A DNA stretch of 63,367 nt, the filler included, from Octopus bimaculoides (taxonomy: Eukaryota), in NCBI RefSeq assembly GCF_001194135.2. It is 11 parts of 8 records of this genome, joined end to end, with 100 filler letters (N's around TTAATTAATTAA, not from the genome) between each part and the next. Parts side by side here need not be neighbours in the genome. Positions count along the whole stretch, not along the records: positions 6,779 to 14,781 come from NC_068983.1; positions 14,882 to 30,394 come from NC_069002.1; 9 more parts are not named here. The stretch is one strand, 5' to 3'. Positions 11,988 through 23,825 of this stretch are shown piece by piece. The translations under genes and the position numbers were made by a program. Under the pieces are notes generated by a model. It did no database searches. It was not told where the DNA came from and saw only the letters and a program-made list of their open reading frames with translations. The stretch's first letter is position 1, and every line of letters begins with the position of its first letter.

Positions 11988-14716
11988 TCATCATCATCAT
12001 CATCATCGTCGTCGCTTAACATCTGCTTTCCATGCTAGCATGGGTTGGACGATTTGACTGAGGACGGGCAAGCCACCAGGCTGCACCAGGCTCCAACCTG
12101 ATCTGGCAGAGTTTCTACAGCTGGAGGCACTTCCTAACGCCAACTACTCCAAGAGTGTAGTGGGTGTTTTTACGTGCCACCTGCACAGGAGCCAGTCCAG
12201 CAGCACTGGCAACGACCTCGCTCGAATGATTTTTCTAGCATGCCACCAGCACAAGTGCTAGAAGGCGACGCTGGTAATGATTCCACTCAAATGGTGCTAT
12301 TTACAGGCCTCTAGCACGGTAGCCAGACAGCTTTTCTGGCAATGAACACGCTCGGACAGTGCTGTTAGTGCTCCACTGGCGCGGTGCCAGTCATCGAGTA
12401 TGGTTCAATTACGATTTCGATTTCATTTGCCCCAACAGGTCCTCGCAAGTAGAGTTTAGTGTCCAATGAAGGGGAGGTTGGCATGGGTGCCAGATATCGG
12501 ATTTGGTTTGATTTCGATTGCAGATTGCAGATTTCAAATTGCAAATTTCAAATTGCAAATTCACTTGCCTCAACAGGTCTTCGCAAGCAGAGTTCTTAGT
12601 GTCCAATGAAGTAAAGCTACGAATAAGTGAACTGGCTACACTTCTGGCAGAGGTCACAGATTATGCTCTCACTTGCCTTGCTGGATCTTCTCACGTACTG
12701 CATATTTCCAAAGGTCCCAGTCACTGGTCATTGCCTTGGTGAGACCTAATCTTCAAAGGTCGTGCTTCACCACCTCATCCCAGGTCTTCCTGGGCCTACC
12801 TCTTCCACAGGTTCCCTCAACTGCTAGGGTGTGGCACTTTTTCACACAGCTATCCTCATCCATTCTTGCCACATGTCCATACCAGCGCAATCGTTTCTCC
12901 TGCATGCCACAACTGATGCTTCTTAAGTCTAACTTTTCTCTCAAGGTCCTGACACTCTGTTGAGTATGCACACTGGCATTACGCATCCATGGGAGCATAC
13001 TGGCTTCGTTTCTTGCAAGCTTACGCATGTTCTCAGCAGTCACGGCCCATGTTTCACTGCCATGTAGCATGGCTGTTCGTACACATGCATCATACAGTCT
13101 GCCTTTTACTCTGAGTGAGAGGCCCTTTGTCGCCAGCAGAGGTAAGGCCTTTCTAAACTTTGCCCAACCTTTTCTTATTCTAGCAGCTACACTTTCAGTG
13201 CGCCCTCTCCCACTACAAACTTGGTCACCTAGGTAGCGGAAGCTATCAACTACTTCTAGTTTTTCTCCCTGGAGTGTGGCAAAGGTTGTTTTCTGCACAT
13301 TTTCAGTGTTTATTGCTCCTGACTATCTGCCACATACAAAAATTATCTTCCTAGTTAGCCTTCCTTTGATATTGCTGCACCTCTTATGTGTCCATAGCTT
13401 ACACTGGGTACATCTTATGGAGTTTCTACCTACGCCTTTTCTACAGATCGAGCAGGGCCATCTACCTGAAGGGGTTTGTGTTTTATCTACCTTCCTACTT
13501 ATTAGGACTTTGGTTTTAGCTAGGTTGACTCTAAGGCCCTTCGATTCTCGTCCTTGTTTCCACACCTGAAACTTCTCCTCTAGTTCTGATAGTGACTCAG
13601 TAATTAGGGCAAGGTCATCAGCATAGAGGAGCTCCCAGGGGCATCCGGTCTTGAATTCCTCTGTTATTGCCTGGAGGACTATGATAAGTAGGAGGAGGCT
13701 GAGGACTGAGCCTTGGTGGACCCCTACCTCTACCTGGAATTCTTCACTGTACTCGTTGCAGACCCTCACCTTACTGACAGCATCCCTGTACATGGCTTGC
13801 ACAGCTCTCACTAACCACTCATCTATCCCTAGTTTCCTCATTGACCACCAGATAAGGGAGCGGGGGACCCTNNNNNNNNNNTCTATCCCTAGTTTCCTCA
13901 TTGACCACCAGATAAGGGAGCGGGGGACCCTGTCAAAGGTTTTCTCCATGTCAACAAAAGCCAGGTGCAGAGGTTTATCTTTGGCTAGGTATTTCTCCTG
14001 TCTTACCAGAAATATAGCATAAGTGGTGCTTTTCCCTGGAACGAACCCAATCTGCATCTCATCTAAGCTTACTCTCTCCCTAATTAGTTGGGCTATGACC
14101 CTCTCGGTGACTTTCATTACCTGGTCCAACAACTTGATACCTCTGTAATTGTTTGTGTCTAAAGCATCACCTTTACCTTTGTAGCAGTTGAATATGGTGC
14201 TGCTACATCAATCATTGGGTATGACTCCTTCGTGTATCACCTGGTTCGTAATACGGGTGACTAGGCTATAGCCGACACTGCCAGATATTTTGAGCATCTC
14301 TGCAGTGATTCCTGATGGACCAAGGGCTTTCCCTGTCTTCATACTCTTCATCGCTTTGTCTACCATGGTACTGTCAATTAGGATAGCTGGTCCTTCTGTT
14401 GGCTCGACATGTGGCAGACTCTCTTCCACCCATTCATTCTCTGTATTAAGCAACCTTTCATAGTGGTATCTCCAAACCTCTCTCTCTTTGCAGTCTCATT
14501 TAGTGCAAGTGAGCCATCATCCATGCAGACACATTTCTCTCCTACGACCTCATGATTCTCTCTCACACACTGTCTTGCAACACAAAATACTTCAAGTCTT
14601 CGGTCCTCACGGCGCAGAACATTGGCAAATTTTTTCTTATCTGCTTCCTCTCTGGCTAAGTAAACCTGTATCCTAGCTTGCCTTCTGGCAGTCTGATACA
14701 ATTCCCTGCTACCTCC
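11986..14716 (-). mobile_element. RTE-clade LINE, 5'-truncated, same family as 7010-10246, with (ATG)n tail
   Basis: ORFs 13323-14132 (QIGFVPGKSTT, FVDMEKTFDRVP, HQGSVLS, LLYADDL) and 12753-13298 (KGRLYDACVRTAMLHGSETW, GRGRPRKTW). Tail (CAT)n at 11986-12007; the 5' end abuts (TA)n(CA)n. Confidence 0.95.
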
Positions 14717-14717
14717 A

Positions 14718-14781
<64 letters not shown>

Positions 14782-14998
14782 NNNNNNNNNNNNNNNNNNN
14801 NNNNNNNNNNNNNNNNNNNNNNNNNTTAATTAATTAANNNNNNNNNNNNNNNNNNNNNNNNNNNNNNNNNNNNNNNNNNNNGTGTATGTATACGTATGCA
14901 TATGTACATATAAGTGTTATAACATCCTAACTTATGTTATACAGGAGTTGGACAAAATAATGGAAACACCTTAAAACCCAGGTTCAAAATTTCCCCAA

Positions 14999-15044
14999 GA
15001 CACCTGATGAAGGCTGGAGGGTATATCAGCCGAAACGTTGTGTT
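14999..15044 (+). ncRNA. Minimal type I hammerhead ribozyme motif, family A (Penelope-like terminal repeat)
   Basis: GACAC-CTGATGA-A-GGCTGG agggtata TCAGCC-GAAA-CG-TT-GTGTT: core, stem II, palindromic ACGT stem III, and stem I GACAC/GTGTT. Confidence 0.75.
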
Positions 15045-15065
15045 AACAACAAACAAGATGAGGAC

Positions 15066-15250
15066 TTGTTGCTGGATACTTTGAGGCGTTAGAAACCGTT
15101 GTTAAACCCTGGATGGATAGATTACGCAGTGTATGGCCATTCGCGTTGCAACAAAACTGAGAACCTTTTCACAAAGCCCAGGTAACCCCCAAAATGGATG
15201 TTAGACAATCTTAATGAAAATATAACACCGAACCTATGGCCTCCAAACAC
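15066..15250 (+). mobile_element. maT (DD37D Tc1/mariner) transposase relic
   Basis: AGYFEALETVVKPWMDRL...FALQQN*EPFHKAQVTPKWMLDNL...PNLWPPN. A Tc1-like TIR fragment (ggacaaaataatggaaacacc) lies just upstream at about 14949-14970. Confidence 0.7.
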
Positions 15251-15494
15251 AATTGCAGTGTGTCTTTTCATTTGCTGAATTGATCTGGTGTCTGATATTA
15301 TTTATATGAAAATGAAGAAAGAAAAACCGTTAGAAAGTTAGAGTTCTCGATAGAGTTGTCCTCAAAAAGCTGATGTACCCTATATATGTATATATATATA
15401 TATGGGAGAATATACGAACAAACAACAACAGACGAGGACAGGTGGTGTAAATAACAAAAGGATGTATTAGTATGACGCTCGGGAATACGGAAAG

Positions 15495-15531
15495 TCTTTG
15501 ACGTTTCGAGCTACGATCTTCAACAGAAAGA
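15495..15531 (-). ncRNA. Hammerhead-like motif, family B (CUGUUGA core variant), degenerate stem II, within the dispersed repeat 15400-15595
   Basis: Reverse complement: TCTTT-CTGTTGA-A-GATCgtagCTC-GAAA-CG-TC-AAAGA; stem I TCTTT/AAAGA, GUC cleavage triplet. Confidence 0.55.
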
Positions 15532-16226
15532 ATACGGAGACAAGGAGAAAAACACGGAGAAAAAAATTGAATAGTGTCCAGTCAACGGTCAATCATAATA
15601 ATGGCTGATCATAACAATGGCTGACCGGAAGTTAGAAATTCTTTTTTCAGGAGAGCTAAGAAAAGGGGGAGATAACAAACGGTGATCGAAGAACGAGGGG
15701 CTGTGTGTGGGAGATAGAATGCTGNNNNNNNNNNNNNNNNNNNNNNNNNNNNNNNNNNNNNNNNNNNNNNNNNNNNNNNNNNNNNNNNNNNNNNNNNNNN
15801 NNNNNNNNNNNNNNNNNNNNNNNNNNNNNNNNNNNNNNNNNNNNNNNNNNNNNNNNNNNNNNNNNNNNNNNNNNNNNNNNNNNNNNNNNNNNNNNNNNNN
15901 NNNNNNNNNNNNNNNNNNNNNNNNNNNNNNNNNNNNNNNNNNNNNNNNNNNNNNNNNNNNNNNNNNNNNNNNNNNNNNNNNNNNNNNNNNNNNNNNNNNN
16001 NNNNNNNNNNNNNNNNNNNNNNNNNNNNNNNNNNNNNNNNNNNNNNNNNNNNNNNNNNNNNNNNNNNNNNNNNNNNNNNNNNNNNNNNNNNNNNNNNNNN
16101 NNNNNNNNNNNNNNNNNNNNNNNNNNNNNNNNNNNNNNNNNNNNNNNNNNNNNNNNNNNNNNNNNNNNNNNNNNNNNNNNNNNNNNNNNNNNNNNNNNNN
16201 NNNNNNNNNNNNNNNNNNNNNNNNNN

Positions 16227-16282
<56 letters not shown>

Positions 16283-18060
16283 TATATGTATGTACACATG
16301 TATATATATATGCATATATGTATGTATGTATGTATGTATGTGTATTTGTGTGCGCGCACGCACAAACACACTCGCGCATACATCTATTCATCCATTACCA
16401 ATCAGTGACATTTCTTTCTCTTTGGAATGTTTGATGATATCACATCACGCGATAGACACATGTAGAGGAAACGTAATCAAAAAATTTCCCATTAGTCTTT
16501 CATTCTTTTGACTGGGTGGTGGGGGTTCTATAGGATTGATGTGTAGGAAAGGGGTTGCGCTCGTTTTTTTGCTTTCACTGTCCCTCCCAAGCGCTGTGAG
16601 ATAGCTTCCATTAATATTCCTAGTTTCAACAATCGACAAACAATAACTACCAACCAAATCTCACTTCCAGTCTCTTGCCTTCGGGAGAAAAAAAAAGAAC
16701 CGAAAACTGATTGGACATTTCTGTCCTTCATACACGACAACTGTTTTTCTGCGCTTGCAATTATTTAAGCCGGCATTTGAGTATATATTTCCAATAATTA
16801 TATTACGATTAGTTTTCGATTACTTCGATCTCCAGCTGATTTATTTGCTAGTGTGCACATGGTAAATGACTGGCTTCGAGCTGGGAAGCTCATGGTTTAG
16901 ATGATTCGAGCAACGATTCCTAGTGAATTACATACTACCCACTAAGGAGCGATAAGTGCTGTAAAGGGAACAGTGAACTAAGTATGAACTTTGAGTTGTG
17001 GACGCTGATACGTACCAGAAATATTTTGAGTAGACGTTCGGCAAATTTTAAAAAGAATGGTTAAGAAACACTTGTTTCTCACGCTACTAAGTATCAAATA
17101 TATTTTTAAGTGGACGTTCGGCAAATTATTTTTAAATGTTTAGGAAACTGTGTGTTTAGATATAAATGCTCCTAGTTTGAATTTAGACTGGTGTCGTATA
17201 CGCTTCTATTAATAAAACTCACCACCTGATAATGATAATATCCGGAGTTCAAACATATCAAAACGTTGCAGAGGTATATATCATGCAAATATGTATTTTA
17301 TGGAAGAATTTCATAATCCAGAATGTCCGAATGTCAATGAAAGAAGCTGTAAGATATCTCGCCGCAGGAAGAAGAGCAGGTTACATGGTGTACGAGCAAG
17401 TTTCGAAGGTAGAAGTAGTCGATTCGGACTTTTTCTTCTGGTCCCAGTTATTCCAAAGATGCGGTTGCCCTTCACGTAATTCTCTCCTACAATCAACGTG
17501 ATACGGAGTGTGAAAAACGGTTGGGGGGGAAACTTTATATTATAGGTACATTCCATCTAATAGGCTTCATAAAATATCTCGTCTACCCCATGTCTGACTC
17601 AGAAGACTGGAGTCAGCCCGAGGCATGTATAAATTATACTTCTCTAAGATACAACACAGAAGGGTGTTGTATCCGAGAAACGTCAACTTTCAAAACCTCA
17701 ACGTTGCGAAACGAACTTCTAAACAATTCAACCATGCATAAGTCCGGATATTGATAACCTTAAGTATTCGTCTCTATCATATTTATGAAATAGAAACCAT
17801 TTTATTTGCTTCTTCCTTCTTGACATCTAGTAAACTTATTAAAAATACTATCAAGTTTCTATTTCGGCAGCGCCAACAAAACTTACTCATTTCCCGATAT
17901 TTCACTAAGATGCCATAGAAGCACACTGAACGTCTTTTTCATAGCATCTGCTTCTGAAAATCAATTTGTTTACTTCTGAGGTTTCCCTTTAAGCATTCAT
18001 GAAATAAATATTATAAGACGCTATCAAACTTGAAAGATTTCTCTATTGTTCTCCATTATT

Positions 18061-18430
18061 ATGGCAGAGAGCTGGCAGAATCGTTACCACAACGGATGAA
18101 ATTCTTAGCGGCACTTTCGTCTGTCTTTAAGTTCTGAGTTCAAATTCCGGCGAGGTCGACTTTGCTTTTATAATTTTCGGGTTGATGCAATAAGTATCAG
18201 TTGAAAACTGGGTCTGATGTCATCGGCAAGCCCCTTTCACCAAACTTTCAGGCTGTGGCCATATAACAGAAATGATTATTTAGCGCTTTTTCGTCCATCT
18301 TCTCGTTCTGAGTTCAAATTTTGCCGAGGTTGACTTTACCTTCTATCAATTTGGCGCCGATAAAGTAAGTACCAGTTGACTACTGAGGTCGATGTATTCA
18401 GCTAGCTCCTTCTAAATTTTAGGTATCGTG
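18061..18430 (+). mobile_element. Two tandem degenerate SINE copies (family 2: ggcagagctggcagaatcgttag...gagttcaaattcc...gactttgcc...gtcgataa...agtaccag)
   Basis: Same family at about 19045-19240, 28760-28910 (-), 37895-38290 (-, two copies), 38471-38660 and 59265-59455 (-); B-box-like GAGTTCAAATTCC. Confidence 0.75.
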
Positions 18431-19394
18431 CCTATACTAGGAAGATAGAATCATTAACCATGCACCTTATTATCACCAAACTGTACTTGCTATTAATTTC
18501 TCGAGGAAGGGAAATTACATCCCGAGCACTATGCTCAAAGTTTGCCAACACAACCACTCGTAACATACCACATAGAGCCAACCCGAATCTACTTAACAAC
18601 ATTCATGGGATTATCCTTAATGATAATTTGAATATTTCTAACTTTCACTCTCAATGATCTTCCAGCAGAATAAATCTTTGTCCCTCAATACTTACTGCCT
18701 GCCCCCATCTCTGCTTCTTGTGCTTCCCTTCAAACTCTGGCGAATTAAATTACACTCATCGTCAATCATCGTCTATTATTCATATTTAGATTTAGATTTC
18801 TCGTTCGATTATTAACAATAAAGACGCTACAATTCATGCAACGGTTATTGATATTTCCCTTATTCTTAACGTAAATATGACTAACCTTACAATTAAATTG
18901 AATAAGCACGTTCTCGTAAGTTCTTTTCATTGCTATAATTAATATAGCCAATACAATTGCTCTGGCTGGTATAATAATAATAATAGTTATAATAATAATT
19001 ATTATTATCATTGTTGGTGTTGTTATTATTTTAGTAGTAGTAGTAAGGCGGCAAGCTTGATAGAATTATTTGCACGCTGGCCGAAATGTTTAGTTGTATT
19101 TTATGAGACATTAGGTGTTCTGAGTTCAAATTCCACCAAGGTCAACTTTGCTTTTCCTCCTTTTGGACTGCCTGTACCGCCCAGGGATCGTTAAAATCGA
19201 CTAGCTCATATCCTAAAAGTTCAAGCCTTCTGCCTCTGATAGAAAGAATTATTATTATTATTATTAAGGCAACGAACTGACGGAATAGTTAGCTCGTCAA
19301 ATGCCAGGAAAGAATTGGGGTCGATTCAATCGAATTCCACCGCTTCAAAACTGCTGGCCCAGCGAAAAATTCAAAACTAATCTTCTTCTTCTTC

Positions 19395-19872
19395 TTATTA
19401 TTATTATTATTCAATAGTCTTATTTTTATAACGTGATTTCACTGCACTACCGAGCACAGCTCTGTGTGCCTTGGGTATGCGCTGTGGTTTGTTGTGGTGC
19501 TCTTATTTTTGCTGTATTGAAAGTGTTTTCCCAAGGATGTGCGCTGTTCCTACTAGTGCTATTTTCTGTATGTTATATATACTTGTAAGCAATGGTATTT
19601 CTGTTATGTATTTGCCTGAATATTTGTTTACCATACTTAATGCGCCTACTATGATAGGAAATATTTCTGATTTTAGATTCCACATTCGAATTAGCTCTTT
19701 TTTCCAGGTCCTTGTATTTTGAAATATTCCCCGTTTCTTTTAGAGAAACATTGTCATCTGTTGGTATTGATACACCGATTAGAAAGCATTTTTTTCTTGG
19801 TGATCTCTAACAACTATATCCGGCATATTGGCCTTAATTCTTCTATCTGTGTGTATTAGCATATTCCAGGAG
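19395..19872 (-). mobile_element. 3' end of a restriction-like endonuclease (RLE) non-LTR retrotransposon, (AAT)n tail
   Basis: WNMLIHTDRRIKANMPDIVVRD...IDVSIP.D.N...K..KYKDL...WNLKSEIFPIIVGAL...IQKIALVGTAHILGKTL; PD...D/ExK motif; 5' part runs into an N gap. Confidence 0.88.
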
Positions 19873-21542
19873 NNNNNNNNNNNNNNNNNNNNNNNNNNNN
19901 NNNNNNNNNNNNNNNNNNNNNNNNNNNNNNNNNNNNNNNNNNNNNNNNNNNNNNNNNNNNNNNNNNNNNNNNNNNNNNNNNNNNNNNNNNNNNNNNNNNN
20001 NNNNNNNNNNNNNNNNNNNNNNNNNNNNNNNNNNNNNNNNNNNNNNNNNNNNNNNNNNNNNNNNNNNNNNNNNNNNNNNNNNNNNNNNNNNNNNNNNNNN
20101 NNNNNNNNNNNNNNNNNNNNNNNNNNNNNNNNNNNNNNNNNNNNNNNNNNNNNNNNNNNNNNNNNNNNNNNNNNNNNNNNNNNNNNNNNNNNNNNNNNNN
20201 NNNNNNNNNNNNNNNNNNNNNNNNNNNNNNNNNNNNNNNNNNNNNNNNNNNNNNNNNNNNNNNNNNNNNNNNNNNNNNNNNNNNNNNNNNNNNNNNNNNN
20301 NNNNNNNNNNNNNNNNNNNNNNNNNNNNNNNNNNNNNNNNNNNNNNNNNNNNNNNNNNNNNNNNNNNNNNNNNNNNNNNNNNNNNNNNNNNNNNNNNNNN
20401 NNNNNNNNNNNNNNNNNNNNNNNNNNNNNNNNNNNNNNNNNNNNNNNNNNNNNNNNNNNNNNNNNNNNNNNNNNNNNNNNNNNNNNNNNNNNNNNNNNNN
20501 NNNNNNNNNNNNNNNNNNNNNNNNNNNNNNNNNNNNNNNNNNNNNNNNNNNNNNNNNNNNNNNNNNNNNNNNNNNNNNNNNNTATCGTGATGAAGATGAT
20601 TATGCTTTTGATGATGACATTTGACAATGATGACAGTGATGACAACAACCAGAATGAGGGGGTGGATGCGGTGGCGGCTGCAGTGGTTGTGGTTGTGGTG
20701 GTGGTGGTGGTGGCGGCTGCTGTGGTGGCGGTGGTGGTGGTGGTGGTACCGTTGGAAGAGAACAAAACATTGGCGACAGAGTCATTCAACACGTCAATAA
20801 ATTTCATATTGTTTTTGTTTTGTTTTTGTTTCACTTCTCGTTCAGCTCTTTCCTTTGTCAATTAGAAATGTCCAATTCACTTTCCGTTTCCTTTTTCTTA
20901 TTCATTTCTATTGTTGATTTCTCTCTTGTTCTTGACGTAAATATTTGTTTCGTTACTAAGAGAACATAAAAGATTCAATGCAAGACAAGTAGAATGACAG
21001 CATTGCCACTAATATCGCAATAGGTGACATCTAAATTATGCACTGACAAAGTATCTGGCTTTGATCTTCACAGAAATTAATATTGTTTCAGTGTAACAAA
21101 GAAAGTTCAGTGAATTTTGGAGAGAGAAGTGGATTCTTGTTTTTCAAAAATTTTCCTGGCCAATTAGAATATAGCGAAATACTACGTATGCTAATAGTTA
21201 TATGATTATATAAACATACAAACAAAAACATTACAGGCGGAGAGAGAGGGGGGATAAAGAGAGAAAAGTGATCATACAGAGGCACACAAGTATATATATA
21301 TATATATATATATATNNNNNNNNNNNNNNNNNNNNNNNNNNNNNNNNNNNNNNNNNNNNNNNNNNNNNNNNNNNNNNNNNNNNNNNNNNNNNNNNNNNNN
21401 NNNNNNNNNNNNNNNNNNNNNNNNNNNNNNNNNNNNNNNNNNNNNNNNNNNNNNNNNNNNNNNNNNNNNNNNNNNNNNNNNNNNNNNNNNNNNNNNNNNN
21501 NNNNNNNNNNNNNNNNNNNNNNNNNNNNNNNNNNNNNNNNNN

Positions 21543-21595
<53 letters not shown>

Positions 21596-21930
21596 AAATA
21601 ATAAAGGTAAAAAATTGAATAGTAATTTGATTAATATCAATATATGTATATATGTATATGCGTATATATGTATATATGTGTGTGTGTGTGTGTGTGTATT
21701 TCTGACTGTCTATGTCACCCTACGCTTGATCAAACGGTACTGGTGTGCTTACGTTGACGTAACTTAGCCGTTCGGCAGAAAACAGCGATAGAATAAATAC
21801 TAGGTTTTGAATATATAAAAACTAGGGGCGATACATTCGAATAAAAATTCTTAAAGGTGGCACTCTAGCTTGGCTGTAGTCTAATGACCGACAAAAGTTA
21901 AGGACAAAAATTATATATATATATTATTAA

Positions 21931-22216
21931 TTTATTTATTTATGGGTTTCAACCAAGTGGCTGTGGTCATGCTGGAGCACCACCGTGACTTTCCGTCTTT
22001 ATGCTGTGCTCTCCTCATGTTCCTTGCATGGCTCTTCTCCTCCACTTGATATAGTCCAATCAATAGTTTTGATGGCACATCTGGCGTATAAGAGAATTTG
22101 ACATCGCTCCCCTAAACTGTGTCTCATTTCGAGCCATTGGTTCGTCTGGTATCGTGGAGTGGAAAGCGTCGAGTTTTGTTTTTAAGACCTCTATATCCAT
22201 GTCTTGCAGGATATAT
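21931..22216 (-). mobile_element. CR1/L2-group LINE 3' end
   Basis: DIEVLKTKLDAFHSTIPDEPMARNETQFRGAMSNSLIRQ followed by a short UTR ending ggtggtgctccagcatgaccacagcc...tgaaac...(taaa)n. Confidence 0.7.
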
Positions 22217-23317
22217 AAATGATCTTCATGTTAGTTTGTGAACGGGTTATGTTCTTGTCTTACGTTGCATACTTAGGTTTTTAATGTTTACTTGATGACG
22301 GCGGGGTTTTGTTATGAAGTAACATATGAATGCATAAAACAAAATGCTGCTGAAATAGCTGTTTTGAATTTAGAGAAAAAAATGCATGTCGGGATTGATG
22401 GTTCCACATGTTCCACATGTTGAAATGTGCTCGCGCGTGTATGTGCGCGCGCGAGCGTATGTACGAGTGCCTATGAGTTTTTGCTTGTCTCCCCTCCGCT
22501 TGATAAACATTGCTGATTTGCTTACGTCACTGTAACCTAGCAGTTTGGCATAGAAGACCGATAGAATAAATACCAGACATTAAAACAGTTTAAGTACTGA
22601 GGTTTATTCGTTCGACTAAAACCCTTCAAGAGGGTGCTCCGGTATGGCCGCAGTTAGATGACTGAAACAAGTACAATATAAGAATACATCGATATGTAAC
22701 TGGTTTAAAAGGTATCATTATTTTCATCATAGCTATGTGAGATTCAGAGCTTCACACAGTATCCTACACTTTTGACAATGCGCATGTTCGCGTTCTGGCA
22801 ATTACATTGAGATATGAAACTACTTGTGTACACACTATTTCATAGCTTCTTCCAATTACATCTTTTGATGATGAAAACAGCAATGTCCTTTATCATAGAA
22901 GCTATAAACAAATGGTATCATGATGTAGAAAAAGACTTTGAGGCTGATATTAAATTGAACATTATCTGTTTTTGCTTCTAAGCCAACTCTGTTTCTATTC
23001 GCTGTGAAAAATATTTTATCTTTAATGCCGCTATTTTGCAATGTAATATATTATAGAGAAATTTAGTCTACGGTTAAAAGATTATTCGTGAGAAAATATA
23101 TTGGAAACAGGTTTAATAATTCCATTTTAGTCATGGTACTTCACTTATATGTATTTACTCATCACCACCGTTTTTCGCATGCAATATATCAAGATTTATC
23201 CGGTTTCATCAGAAGCATTTAAAAAATATGATTATATTTTATTTCCTAGACCTTTTAGAGAAAAGTTCATTTCTTTTCTAACCTATTTTATCATTGTATC
23301 TCTATTGTTTATTTCAG

Positions 23318-23421
23318 TAACGATAGAGTCCTCCTATATGATGTTCAGACATTTCACAAATATCGATATGAATCATATAATGAAAATGACAGTTTGTATT
23401 ATAGACTTCAAATTTTTATAT
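23318..23421 (+). CDS. Probable upstream exon of the same FSTL4/5-like gene (post-Kazal, pre-EF-hand segment)
   Basis: Acceptor ctattgtttatttcAG and donor GTAAGT; 104 nt open in one frame: NDRVLLYDVQTFHKYRYESYNENDSLYYRLQIFI. Resembles the recalled 'KDNLLLY...IMF' segment of invertebrate FSTL5-like proteins; same strand as the Ig exons. Confidence 0.6.
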
Positions 23422-23522
23422 GTAAGTTGTGTATACAAACGAAAACACACACACACACATACACACACAAATATAAATGTATATAATAAATGCAGTGAGA
23501 GGGGAAGAGAGTGACATGCATA

Positions 23523-23563
<41 letters not shown>

Positions 23564-23825
23564 TAAAAATTTAAAAAATATAAAAAAGGGTTTTGTATGA
23601 TCGTGTATAGAGGAATATATTATTTAAAAGAGTTCCAACTCTGTCTGTTTTTTTGTTTTATTTATATTCTTATAAAATTAATGTGGGATATAGAATATGG
23701 AATGTATAATATAAATAGTAAAATGAAATGAAGTATTGAATGTCTTATTGAATATATGAAATGTTGAGTATTAAATATATAAGGACTAGTATACTTTCCT
23801 GCCTCATGGCAGTCATCAAGGTCCC

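Noticed and set aside
13822-13931. About 50-bp direct repeat inside the RT (also 26110-26240 and 54370-54400)
   Set aside because: The same sequence lies on both sides of a 10-N gap, i.e. a contig overlap artefact.
17641-17690. Hairpin followed by GAAACGTC, resembling a hammerhead 3' half
   Set aside because: There is no CUGANGA core, a 3-nt insertion precedes GAAA, and stem I has no partner; kept only as a hairpin.
22846-22914. Possible + strand exon (LLPITSFDDENSNVLYHRSYKQM, or the alternative frame AINKWYHDVEKDF)
   Set aside because: The donor (GTATCA) is weak, the end phase is incompatible with the exon at 23318, and there is no FSTL-like similarity.
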